Assembly (NCBI GenBank): GCA_037133055.1
Contig: JBAXOY010000013.1
Location: 1-40,860 of the forward strand
Source: Chlamydiota bacterium
GTDB lineage: Bacteria; Auribacterota; Tritonobacteria; UBA1439
Length of the DNA stretch: 40,860 bases
Direction of reading: 5' to 3'
The notes beneath the pieces are model-generated. The model saw nothing but the letters and a program-made list of their open reading frames with translations. It was not told the DNA's origin and ran no database searches. The translations under genes were made by a program, and so were the position numbers. Positions 8,076-16,618 of this stretch are shown one piece after another. Each line of letters begins with the position of its first letter. The first letter of the stretch is position 1.

Positions 8076-9536
8076 ATGAGGAGGCATCTAGAAGGTGCCA
8101 CAGTGAGCAGACGGCTGCTCTGCACGGCCCTGGCGCTATGCCCTCCCCTCGGCTATGCCGTCCTGCCGCCCGCAGCACCGGCGGAAGAGGTAGTGTATGT
8201 GGTGAACGGCTACTGCCACGACACCCCGCAGCCGGAGTGGAGCACCGTCATGATGCTGAGGGGGAGCGACCTTGAGATCCTCCGGACGCTTGAACTCCCG
8301 GCAAAAGACGCGCATTCGATCGCGGCTACTCCCGACGGGTCGCAACTCTGGGTGACGTGCTCCAACGGCTACCGCACCTTCGTGGTTGACGCGGAGAGTT
8401 TCGAGGTGGTCCACGAGTACGACTACGCGCCGGCGGGGATCAGGCCGATGGGGGTCGCCGTGGAGCCCGACGGCCTAGAGGCGTTCATCGGGCTCCGCGA
8501 TTCCTTCACGTGCATGAGATACGACACGGCGACCTACGAGCTGCTGACGCCCGACACAAGCACGGGGATAGAGCCGGCGTTCATGCTGTTCACCCCGGAC
8601 GGCACCCGTGTGTGCGTCTCGGATATGTACACGACGGTGAGGGTGTTCAGGACCGCAGACCTGGTCCCGCAGAGAACCTACACCTTCGATACGGCCGCCA
8701 TGGGCCTCGGCGAAGCGGCCGTCAGCCCGGACGGCAACGTGCTCTACGTGTGCAATATGGGCAGGAACCGGATCGAAAGGGTTATGCTGACCTTGCCGTG
8801 GATGCCCCTGCCGCCGCTCTCCACCATGCCGTATATTAAGCCGCGTGGCATCGCCATCTCCCCCGACGGGAACTACCTGTTCATCGGGCACTATATGGGC
8901 ACGGACTCCAAGGTGACGATGTGGTCACTCGCGTCCTGGACGCTTTGCGCGATGGCGGACATCCCGATCAATGGGCGGCGCGTCGTCGCGAACGACGACT
9001 GCAACCGCATCTATGTGACCGAGCACACCGACGATAAGTGCTGCGCCTACCGGGTGGACACGGCGGGGGAAAGCATGTTCATAGACGCGATCGCGGACCT
9101 GAACGCCATCCCGGGACACAAGGCCTCTCCGATCGGTATCGTTGTGGGAGATTGGGAGCCCCCCCCGATCGACCTCACGGCCGACAAAACGACGTTCGCA
9201 ACCACCGACCGCATCTCGGTCACGGCTGACGTCCTCGCCATCCCGACGCCCTGCTACCCGTTCGTTAGGATCCTGTTGGCGGACGGCTCCACCCTCTACT
9301 ACGAGTCTGGCAGGGGGTTCACGAATTCCCCCACCCCCTACCTCGGGTTCGCGGCGGGGACGGTCATGACAACGGCACTCATCCCGAACTATCCCGCGCT
9401 TACGGCGGACTTCTCGGGGATCATACCCGGAACTTACGTCCTCGAAGGCGGAGCAGTGGATGCAACGAAGACAACCTCGGCATCCAATCTTATCTACTTC
9501 GGCAGAGTGGACCGGGAGACGCTGACGGTGCGGTAA
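8076..9536 (+). CDS. Secreted YncE/YVTN-like beta-propeller protein with shared C-terminal domain
   Basis: GGAGG RBS; hydrophobic leader; repeats IAATPDGSQLWV, VAVEPDG, FTPDGTRV, VSPDGNVLYV, IAISPDGNYLFI; C-terminus homologous to those ending at 268 and 8034. Confidence 0.85.
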   Translation: MRRHLEGATVSRRLLCTALALCPPLGYAVLPPAAPAEEVVYVVNGYCHDTPQPEWSTVMMLRGSDLEILRTLELPAKDAHSIAATPDGSQLWVTCSNGYRTFVVDAESFEVVHEYDYAPAGIRPMGVAVEPDGLEAFIGLRDSFTCMRYDTATYELLTPDTSTGIEPAFMLFTPDGTRVCVSDMYTTVRVFRTADLVPQRTYTFDTAAMGLGEAAVSPDGNVLYVCNMGRNRIERVMLTLPWMPLPPLSTMPYIKPRGIAISPDGNYLFIGHYMGTDSKVTMWSLASWTLCAMADIPINGRRVVANDDCNRIYVTEHTDDKCCAYRVDTAGESMFIDAIADLNAIPGHKASPIGIVVGDWEPPPIDLTADKTTFATTDRISVTADVLAIPTPCYPFVRILLADGSTLYYESGRGFTNSPTPYLGFAAGTVMTTALIPNYPALTADFSGIIPGTYVLEGGAVDATKTTSASNLIYFGRVDRETLTVR

Positions 9537-9620
9537 TCCGGGCAACTGGGGTTGAGCTTGCCCGCGACCACCCCGTAAGAGGCGTTTCCGGTGGCTGCTT
9601 GCCCGTTTACGATCCGCTGT

Positions 9621-9660
9621 TCACATCCACATCTGCCGGTCGAGAACGCGGTACTGGATC
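9621..9660 (+). repeat. Xis-like remnant C, a copy of 6109-6148
   Basis: 36 of 40 nt match 6109-6148 by manual alignment. Confidence 0.8.
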
Positions 9661-9841
9661 GGAGTAATCCTATCACACCTGCGGCCCCTCCAGCCATTGT
9701 CTTAGGAATCCTGTCCATAAGTCCACCCTTGCAAATTCCACAGAGAAGGATGATGATAGGCATTGCGATTGGCTGGGGATAATGTGATCGGTGACATGGA
9801 GAATCAACCTCACCCCCTGAATAATAACCCCCCTCGGGGGA

Positions 9842-9870
9842 TTGACAGGAGACGCAAATCTGGATAGCCT
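9842..9870 (+). promoter_or_regulatory. Candidate sigma70 promoter for the lipoprotein operon
   Basis: TTGACA-17 nt-TAGCCT, about 115 nt upstream of the ATG at 9985. Confidence 0.45.
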
Positions 9871-9984
9871 CGAACAAGAATATGTATCTATAAATCGGCG
9901 AATAGTGCAATTTTGTCTCCATTCTCATTGATCTATGGAGGTAGAATCGGTCGCTGAAAATAATCCCGTAGTGAAAGGACGCAC

Positions 9985-10617
9985 ATGAAACCCCGCCATT
10001 ATTTGTCACGAATATTCATCAGGACCGTTCTGCTCGCCACCGCGGCATCCTGTGTGCTCATGGCCGGATGCGCGACGAACACCTGGGTAGCCACCCAGAT
10101 CGAAGAGGGACAGAAGAAACACCGCTCGGACCTTAGCGCCATGACGCAGAAGGTCCAGCAATCCCTGGCGCAGGAGACGGCAAAGAATCAGAAGCGCACG
10201 AAGATACTTGATGACCTGGCTGGAGATATTCAGCGGCTCGAGAAGGAGCTGAACACACTCAAGGCGAACATCGACACGCTGCGCGCGGAAATAAGCGCGC
10301 GCCTCCAGACGCAGGACAAGGAGATGACAGAGACGTTTCAGAAGGCCGATGGGAAAGTGCACAGCGAACTTCTGGCGAAGCACCAGGAAGCGGTCGACTC
10401 CATCCGGCAGGAGATGCAGAAGGTTGAAGGCGCGAATCGGCACGCTGATCAGCTCGCCACGACGCTCCAGGAGATGGCGTCGGTTTACCGCAGCATCGCC
10501 CAGGATACGGCGGACGAATACAAGGCGCTCGAATCCTCGGTCAATGAGATCTCCGCTCAGAAAACGGTTCCACACGCTTCTCCACCCGCCGCGGGTTCAC
10601 CCCCAAAGGCCCCGTAA
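9985..10617 (+). CDS. Coiled-coil lipoprotein, function unknown
   Basis: AAGGA RBS; lipobox-like LMAGC; a long heptad-rich helical region. Confidence 0.75.
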   Translation: MKPRHYLSRIFIRTVLLATAASCVLMAGCATNTWVATQIEEGQKKHRSDLSAMTQKVQQSLAQETAKNQKRTKILDDLAGDIQRLEKELNTLKANIDTLRAEISARLQTQDKEMTETFQKADGKVHSELLAKHQEAVDSIRQEMQKVEGANRHADQLATTLQEMASVYRSIAQDTADEYKALESSVNEISAQKTVPHASPPAAGSPPKAP

Positions 10618-10623
10618 CGATAT

Positions 10624-11826
10624 ATGATTAGCAGGAAGATGGATACAGGCTCCCCACCCCAGTGCGATATCCTTGAGCATCGCACAAGGGTGTTCGCGCA
10701 CGCCTGGCCGGCGTTTATCGCGACGGCGCTCTTGTGCGGATGCGCCACGCCCGCCGCAGTGACCCCACTGGTTGAAAAGAAACTTGCCGAGCCGAGCGAG
10801 GGATCAATGCGCGACTTCACGAGGGAAAACGTGGCGTGGGAAAAATCCGTCAGGGATCTCGATGCGCGCTACTCCGCTCTTCAGAAAAATATCGAGTCCT
10901 CCTCCCCCCGCTTTCGCCGGATTGCGCAGGAGACGGAGACATTACAGACACAGGTGCGCGCTCTCACTAATGATTTCAAATCGCGCCTTGAGTCGACCGG
11001 CCGGAAGGTGCGGCAGCGCATGACCGCCGCCGACGTGAAAAACGCGGATGAGACCCTCCATGGAATGCGGGATCAGGAAAAGGAGTTCCCCTCTCACCGA
11101 CGCCGTTGTTCGGAGACCTGCTACAAAATCGGACGGCTCCACGGCAAGCAGCAGCATTCCATCACGATATTTGCCGCTCGCAGCACGAAGGTATGCACGA
11201 AACTCGGCGCCGAAAAAGCCGTCGCGTCCTCCGCATCGGCCGTCGCGCTTCCCCCCATCAACCGCCGCCGGATCGCCTTCGACATTCCGCCGAATGTCGA
11301 TTCCTGGATGGCGCTCGCCCAGGTGCTCATCGACAAGGGGTCGATGAAACCGCTTCACCCCTCCGTCGAGGCGCTCATCGCCCTCGATCCGCAGACGTTG
11401 AAAAGCCATGAGGAGCGCCGCCAATCGCCGGGGGACGTATTTCTCACCCGGGCATTGAGGAATTACCTGGAATCGCTGACATCCCTGAAGGCCGCATGCG
11501 GGACTTTGCAGGAGGGATGGCAGCCGGTGTGGGATTCAGAGAAGGCGCTGCTGAAGCATTCGGGGGAACGCCCAGCCCCGCTCCGATGGATGAGGGAGGA
11601 CAGCTTCCGGGAAGGGATGATCAACAAGGCGTATGTGTATGACGCGCTGATACGGTCGCGGGGAGGCACAACCGACGCCTATGACCGATTCGAGATGTCG
11701 TACTACCTCGGAGAGATGATCTGGGCAGCCAAGAAACTAGGGCACCCGTACGGCGATGAGATAGAACGGCTGGCGAACGACTACCTGTCGCGCCTCTCTG
11801 CTCGCGCACCTCTCGCCGTACACTAA
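10624..11826 (+). CDS. Hypothetical lipoprotein with an N-terminal coiled coil (true start may be downstream)
   Basis: ATALLCGC lipobox-like motif; tightly packed in the operon. Confidence 0.6.
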   Translation: MISRKMDTGSPPQCDILEHRTRVFAHAWPAFIATALLCGCATPAAVTPLVEKKLAEPSEGSMRDFTRENVAWEKSVRDLDARYSALQKNIESSSPRFRRIAQETETLQTQVRALTNDFKSRLESTGRKVRQRMTAADVKNADETLHGMRDQEKEFPSHRRRCSETCYKIGRLHGKQQHSITIFAARSTKVCTKLGAEKAVASSASAVALPPINRRRIAFDIPPNVDSWMALAQVLIDKGSMKPLHPSVEALIALDPQTLKSHEERRQSPGDVFLTRALRNYLESLTSLKAACGTLQEGWQPVWDSEKALLKHSGERPAPLRWMREDSFREGMINKAYVYDALIRSRGGTTDAYDRFEMSYYLGEMIWAAKKLGHPYGDEIERLANDYLSRLSARAPLAVH

Positions 11827-11847
11827 ACGACGAACGGATCTTCGGAG

Positions 11848-12489
11848 ATGATACCTATGCCTACACGTTCGATAACACGCCTATTATTCGCAGCTGCCCT
11901 GTGCGCCCTGTGCGCAGGGCCCGGGTGCGGTGGGACAAAATACAAGAAGGGAATACCGGTCCGGGATGTGGACCCGCGGATGCCAGGCACCCCGATGGCG
12001 GGGACGGGGCCCGAGTCTCAGGATCTCCTTGCCATCGCCGACAGGATGACCCAATCCCTCCTCCGGGCCCCTGTTGTCGCCCATGCGAAAGAGCCGCCGA
12101 CCGTCGTGCTCCTCAGTTTCCGCAATCGCTCGCGCTTCCCCATCAACGCGGATATATTCCTGAAGAAACTCAGGGTCCAGCTCAACAGCGCCGCGGCGGG
12201 CCGCATTATATTCCTCGGCAGAGAGCGGATGGACGATGTGCTGAGTGAACGGAGGGCCAAGCGGAGCGGGCTGGCGTCGGCGTCCCCCGAGAAAAGGCAC
12301 AATCTTCCTGCGGGCGCCGACTATTTTCTCTCGGGGAGCATAGACGGCCTCGCCAAAAACTCGGCGTACGGCCGGGAGGATTATCTGCTCTACATCTATC
12401 AGTTGATAGACGCGGAATCCTCGGCGGTGGTCTGGGAAGACCAGTTCGAGATCAAGCGCGTCGGCCTCGATGACGCGGTGTATCGATAG
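11848..12489 (+). CDS. LpoB-like (penicillin-binding-protein activator/CsgG-like fold) lipoprotein
   Basis: Lipobox-like AGPGC; D...IADRMTQSLL; FRNRS; GADYFLSGSI; YQLIDAESSAVVWED are typical LpoB-family motifs. Confidence 0.75.
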   Translation: MIPMPTRSITRLLFAAALCALCAGPGCGGTKYKKGIPVRDVDPRMPGTPMAGTGPESQDLLAIADRMTQSLLRAPVVAHAKEPPTVVLLSFRNRSRFPINADIFLKKLRVQLNSAAAGRIIFLGRERMDDVLSERRAKRSGLASASPEKRHNLPAGADYFLSGSIDGLAKNSAYGREDYLLYIYQLIDAESSAVVWEDQFEIKRVGLDDAVYR

Positions 12490-12521
12490 GAACGAGCGCT
12501 GCGGCAAGGAGATGCCCTAAT

Positions 12522-13376
12522 ATGAGTGCCTATCCATCGAGGAAGATCCATATTCTGATGGCGGTCGCCGCCGCGTGCGCTACCTCATGTAGCCGCGAAC
12601 ACCCTTCCCCCATGGCGGTTCAAGCGGTTCCGCTTCCGGCCGCGGGGCCGACGGGTATCACCTTAGAGCAGGCAAGGCTCGGCTCGCGTGCACCTGAGGC
12701 ACGCTCATCGGCAGGCGTAGCCGATGCACAATGGTATAAGGCCGCGGGAGAGCCCCGGATACTAATTCTTGTCAACCGGAGGTTTGCGACGGACTCCGAA
12801 CTCTGGAGAGCGGATCAGAGGGTCGTCATGGAGACCTCAAAGGGCTCGTCGCTACGCATCATTAACGATTACGAGCAGCACGATACGGAGCGCGAAAGAA
12901 CGGAACGGCGAACGGAGAAACGGGCGGATTCCGCCGGGGACTTTCTTCCGGCGGAGATGGCCGCGGGCCTCAGGGAAGGGTTGATCACTCCCTTCCTCAT
13001 GGCGGGGTGCCGTGTGATCGACCCGGATGCGGTCGAGCGGATTGCGCAGGCTACCGCCTCACGGGAGCAGGGAGCGTCGAGCGGACGCTCCCAGGCAGAT
13101 GTCTCCGCCGATGCGGTCCGGAAGGAATCCGACTGGATCATGGAGGCGGCGGTATTCCCCGCTTCCACAGAGGGCATGCCCTATATCATTGCGGCCAAGG
13201 TCGTGGACCTCAAAACCGGCCGCGTCATGGCGTATGCCACGACGCGGGAACTCGGCCTCGCATCGCGTCTCCCCGGCACGGAGAGATCGGCAGGCGCAAA
13301 GATGCCGCCCGAGGAGCAGGGCCGGTGGCTTGCGCGGGAAATATCGCTGAAGCTCGCCGCAGCGATGTCCAGATAA
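12522..13376 (+). CDS. Hypothetical lipoprotein, possibly CsgG/TolB-N-like fold
   Basis: AACATSC lipobox-like motif; PRILILVNR; GCRVIDP; AKVVDLKTGRVMA. Confidence 0.65.
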   Translation: MSAYPSRKIHILMAVAAACATSCSREHPSPMAVQAVPLPAAGPTGITLEQARLGSRAPEARSSAGVADAQWYKAAGEPRILILVNRRFATDSELWRADQRVVMETSKGSSLRIINDYEQHDTERERTERRTEKRADSAGDFLPAEMAAGLREGLITPFLMAGCRVIDPDAVERIAQATASREQGASSGRSQADVSADAVRKESDWIMEAAVFPASTEGMPYIIAAKVVDLKTGRVMAYATTRELGLASRLPGTERSAGAKMPPEEQGRWLAREISLKLAAAMSR

Positions 13377-13396
13377 CGCACGTGCGGGTGTAAAAG

Positions 13397-14785
13397 ATGA
13401 AAACGGGCACGTATTTCATCCGACTTATGCCGGTCGTGAGTATGGTCGCCGTGTTCAGTTCATGCAAGACGCCCCCGCGACCCGCTCCGGTCCTCGTTCC
13501 GATTTCCCAAGCTGCGGGCGTCCCCTCCGACATCCGCTACTGCCTCATGCGCTTGGAGACGGAGGGGGACCGCAACGCCGTTCTCAACCTCTCGGAAACA
13601 GCCTTCAAGAGCATCGAGGCATGGGATACCGTCCCGAACGATCTCCGCCCCATTCTCGTGGACCGCGCGCTCAACGAGGCGATCAAGAGAATCGAGACCG
13701 TGTACGCGAATACCCCCGAGGCGCGCAAGGCGCGCTCTGTATGGCATGACGAGGACTCGAAAGATTTCAAGGGAGAACCGTACGAGCGCTGCCTCGTCTA
13801 CCTTCTTCGCGGATTGAGATACTACCAAGAGGGAGAATTTGAAAATGCCCGGGCCTGCTTCACGAGCGGGATGCTCCAGGATAACCTTTCCGTGGAGGGG
13901 GAATATAACGCTGACATGGGGACGTTCGAATACCTGATCTCGCTGTGCGACACGCGATTGGGGGAACGCGAGGCTGCGGATGAGGCCTGGCAACGTGCGG
14001 TCAAAATATGGGAGCAGACCGGACCACCCATCCGGATATCCCGACCGAAACACATATCTCTCGCGATACCGGAAATTGGGGAGCAAGGGCGGGACACCAC
14101 CCTCCGGGACGTGCGAAAACCGCAGGAGTGCGACAATCTCCTGGTCGTCGCGTTTGTTGGAGAGGGGCCAAGAAAATCCGCCACCGGCAGCGACAACGAG
14201 CTCTTATTGATCGAGCGGGGGGCGGCGCAGACGACACGGGTTGAAATATCCGCACCGTGGTTCGGGAAATTCCCCGACTACGAGACCGCCGCACAGACCG
14301 ATGACATCGGGTATCAGGCGACCACACGCGGCGGACGCCTCGTGGACGAGATCAACAAAAAGAAAGCGGTTACGAAACACGCCACAGAGAATACCGGTTA
14401 TTTCAGCAAAGGCATGGGCAAGGCAGCCATGACCATCGGCCTACAGTTGGCAATGATGGGAGCCCAGTTTGCCCCCATGGGCAGCGGGGCTGCAGCCCAG
14501 ATGATCATCGGGGGCGGATCCACGGCCGCCGCAGGTGTCGGCGCGCAGGTGCTTGGACAAGGGCTCACGTTCGCCAGCAAGAAGATGAAAACAAAGGCGG
14601 ATACGAGAATGATCGGCTCCCTTCCGGGTTTCATACATCTCTGGTCGGGCAGGGTTGTCCCCGGCAGACAGCTCGTCGCCGTGAAGCTTTATGATGAGGT
14701 CGGCCGTTGCATAGGGGAATCCTATCAGGACGTGGCCGTACCATATGGTCGAGGTAACGCCCTCGCTTTCATGCGCTGCCCCTAA
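13397..14785 (+). CDS. COG3014-like TPR lipoprotein
   Basis: VFSSC lipobox-like motif; DFKGEPYE followed by TPR-like helices (GLRYYQEGEFENARACF); C-terminal KADTR...LP motif; near an LpoB-like gene, as is usual for this family. Confidence 0.7.
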   Translation: MKTGTYFIRLMPVVSMVAVFSSCKTPPRPAPVLVPISQAAGVPSDIRYCLMRLETEGDRNAVLNLSETAFKSIEAWDTVPNDLRPILVDRALNEAIKRIETVYANTPEARKARSVWHDEDSKDFKGEPYERCLVYLLRGLRYYQEGEFENARACFTSGMLQDNLSVEGEYNADMGTFEYLISLCDTRLGEREAADEAWQRAVKIWEQTGPPIRISRPKHISLAIPEIGEQGRDTTLRDVRKPQECDNLLVVAFVGEGPRKSATGSDNELLLIERGAAQTTRVEISAPWFGKFPDYETAAQTDDIGYQATTRGGRLVDEINKKKAVTKHATENTGYFSKGMGKAAMTIGLQLAMMGAQFAPMGSGAAAQMIIGGGSTAAAGVGAQVLGQGLTFASKKMKTKADTRMIGSLPGFIHLWSGRVVPGRQLVAVKLYDEVGRCIGESYQDVAVPYGRGNALAFMRCP

Positions 14786-14830
14786 AGCGGACATATCGCA
14801 AAGCTTGTTTTTACCTGACCGGTGACACTC

Positions 14831-14904
14831 CGTAGCAGGTGACTAGACACTATTTGGACACTGTCGGGCGGACATACTACGTCAAATCCGCTGACCTCCA
14901 GCAC
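14831..14904 (+). repeat. Second copy of the island left-end junction (arm sites plus xis remnant D)
   Basis: Colinear with 1062-1135 (CGTAGCAGGTG..TAGACACTATTTGGACACTGTCGGG...CTACGTCAA...GACCTCCAGCAC); encodes VGRTYYVKSADLQH. Confidence 0.85.
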
Positions 14905-14905
14905 A

Positions 14906-15319
14906 ACAGTTACCAGGACAAAAAGCGGGAAGGACAGGAAGATTCCCATCAACTCGGAAGTGCACGATGTATTGAAGCGTCGGCCGAAAGATGGCATATT
15001 TGTATTCCACCAGGAGGGCAGCCCCTACGGTGATGTGAAGACAGGATTCTTAAATGCTGTGCGGAGATCGGGGATAGGGTACTGCCGGTTTCACGACTTG
15101 AGGCACACTTTCGCCACACGGCTGGTGCTCGCCAATGTGAGCCTGCCGGTGGTGAAGGAGCTCCTGGGGCATGCGTCCATAGAGACGACGATGAGATACG
15201 CGCACCCGACACCGGAGAGCAAGATCAGGGCGGTGGAGATGCTCAAGTGGGTGGAGACTGATTCCTTTGGACACAAATTGGACATCAGCGCATTTCGCGC
15301 AATTCGAGGTAATTCCTAA
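14906..15319 (+). pseudogene. Tyrosine recombinase/integrase, C-terminal fragment
   Basis: TKSGKDRKIPI (catalytic Lys loop), FHDLRHTFA, LLGHASIETTMRYAH (HxxR, H and Y present). The N-terminal domains and first catalytic Arg are missing; the fragment joins directly to xis remnant D. Confidence 0.9.
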
Positions 15320-15340
15320 TTACTTGCAGATGAAGTAGTT

Positions 15341-15415
<75 letters not shown>

Positions 15416-15433
15416 ACTGTCAGAAGAGGTCAG

Positions 15434-16618
15434 CTAAAGCGCCTGCCTGGGGATTGATAGAGTGATGGTCGTACCTGTGCCCTTCCGGCTGGAGATCTGT
15501 ATTGTACCGCCCAACTTTTCAATGATGTTCTTGCTTATGGCGAGCCCGAGCCCGCTCCCGACCTCAGACCCTTTTGTGGTAAAGAACGGCTGGAACGCCT
15601 TTTGGAGGACGTTCTCATCCATGCCGCAACCCGTGTCCGCCACCGCGATCTCAATGCTCTCCGGAGTTACGGGCTTGGCGCTAAGAGTCAGCGTACCCCC
15701 TCCCTCCATCGCGTGGATCGAATTGATACAGAGGTTCAGAAGCACCTGACGCAGCTCGCCTGACTGGACGGTGACCTCCGCCAGGGAGGCATCAAGGTCG
15801 GTCTCGGCGCGTATGCCCGACGTTTCCATCTGCGGCTTGATGAGGATGAGTATCTCCTCGACGAGCTTATGCAGCGGCAGGGGCGCGGGTTTTTCCTCGC
15901 TCTTTTTTGGAAGGCTCGAAAAACTCCGGAACATCAGGCGGCATCGCTCCATCTCTTTTTCGATGATGCGGAGGTACGTGTACGCCCTCTCGCGGTCCTC
16001 CTTGCCGAATCCCATCTTCTCCTCAAGATCCAGCAGAAGGATCTGCACGTACCCCATGACCGAAGTGAGGGGATTGCAAATCTCATGGAAGAACGAACAG
16101 TATCGGTCCTGTGAGGAAAGGAGCTTCTGAAGCGACTGGATCTCCTCCGCGAGGTGGCGGTTGAGCGTCTTGAACTTCTCGACGGCCGCCACCTTCTCCC
16201 TCTCTTCCCGCCGCTTTGCAAGGGTCGCCTTCACCGTTTTGGAGATCTCGACGACGTCGAAGGGTTTACTCACGTAGTCGGAAGCCCCCAGGCGTATCGC
16301 CCGCTGGGCGGTCTCGAGCGTCCCGTATCCCGTGAGGATGATGACGTTGATGGACGGATCCATCTCCTTCAACTTCTCGAGGGTCTCGAGCCCGTTCAGC
16401 TTTTTCATTTTGAGATCGAGTAAGACGAGGTCGAAACCGCCGCCGCGGAACTCCTCCACCCCCATCTCCCCGCTGTCGGAGCAGACGATTTCGTAGGAGT
16501 CCTTCAGGATCATCCGCAAACTTTCCCGAGGGCCGATCTCGTCGTCAATCACGAGAATCTTGACCGCAGGGGTCGAGGGTGCGGCTGAGCGTTCTACGTC
16601 GAGAACGTCAGAGTGCAT
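15434..16618 (-). CDS. Hybrid response regulator/histidine kinase (REC-HisKA-HATPase)
   Basis: ILVIDDE...LVLLDLKM...SKPF receiver; HEICNPL H-box; NLCINSIHAM, DTGCGM and GSGLGL boxes. Confidence 0.92.
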   Translation of the reverse strand: MHSDVLDVERSAAPSTPAVKILVIDDEIGPRESLRMILKDSYEIVCSDSGEMGVEEFRGGGFDLVLLDLKMKKLNGLETLEKLKEMDPSINVIILTGYGTLETAQRAIRLGASDYVSKPFDVVEISKTVKATLAKRREEREKVAAVEKFKTLNRHLAEEIQSLQKLLSSQDRYCSFFHEICNPLTSVMGYVQILLLDLEEKMGFGKEDRERAYTYLRIIEKEMERCRLMFRSFSSLPKKSEEKPAPLPLHKLVEEILILIKPQMETSGIRAETDLDASLAEVTVQSGELRQVLLNLCINSIHAMEGGGTLTLSAKPVTPESIEIAVADTGCGMDENVLQKAFQPFFTTKGSEVGSGLGLAISKNIIEKLGGTIQISSRKGTGTTITLSIPRQAL

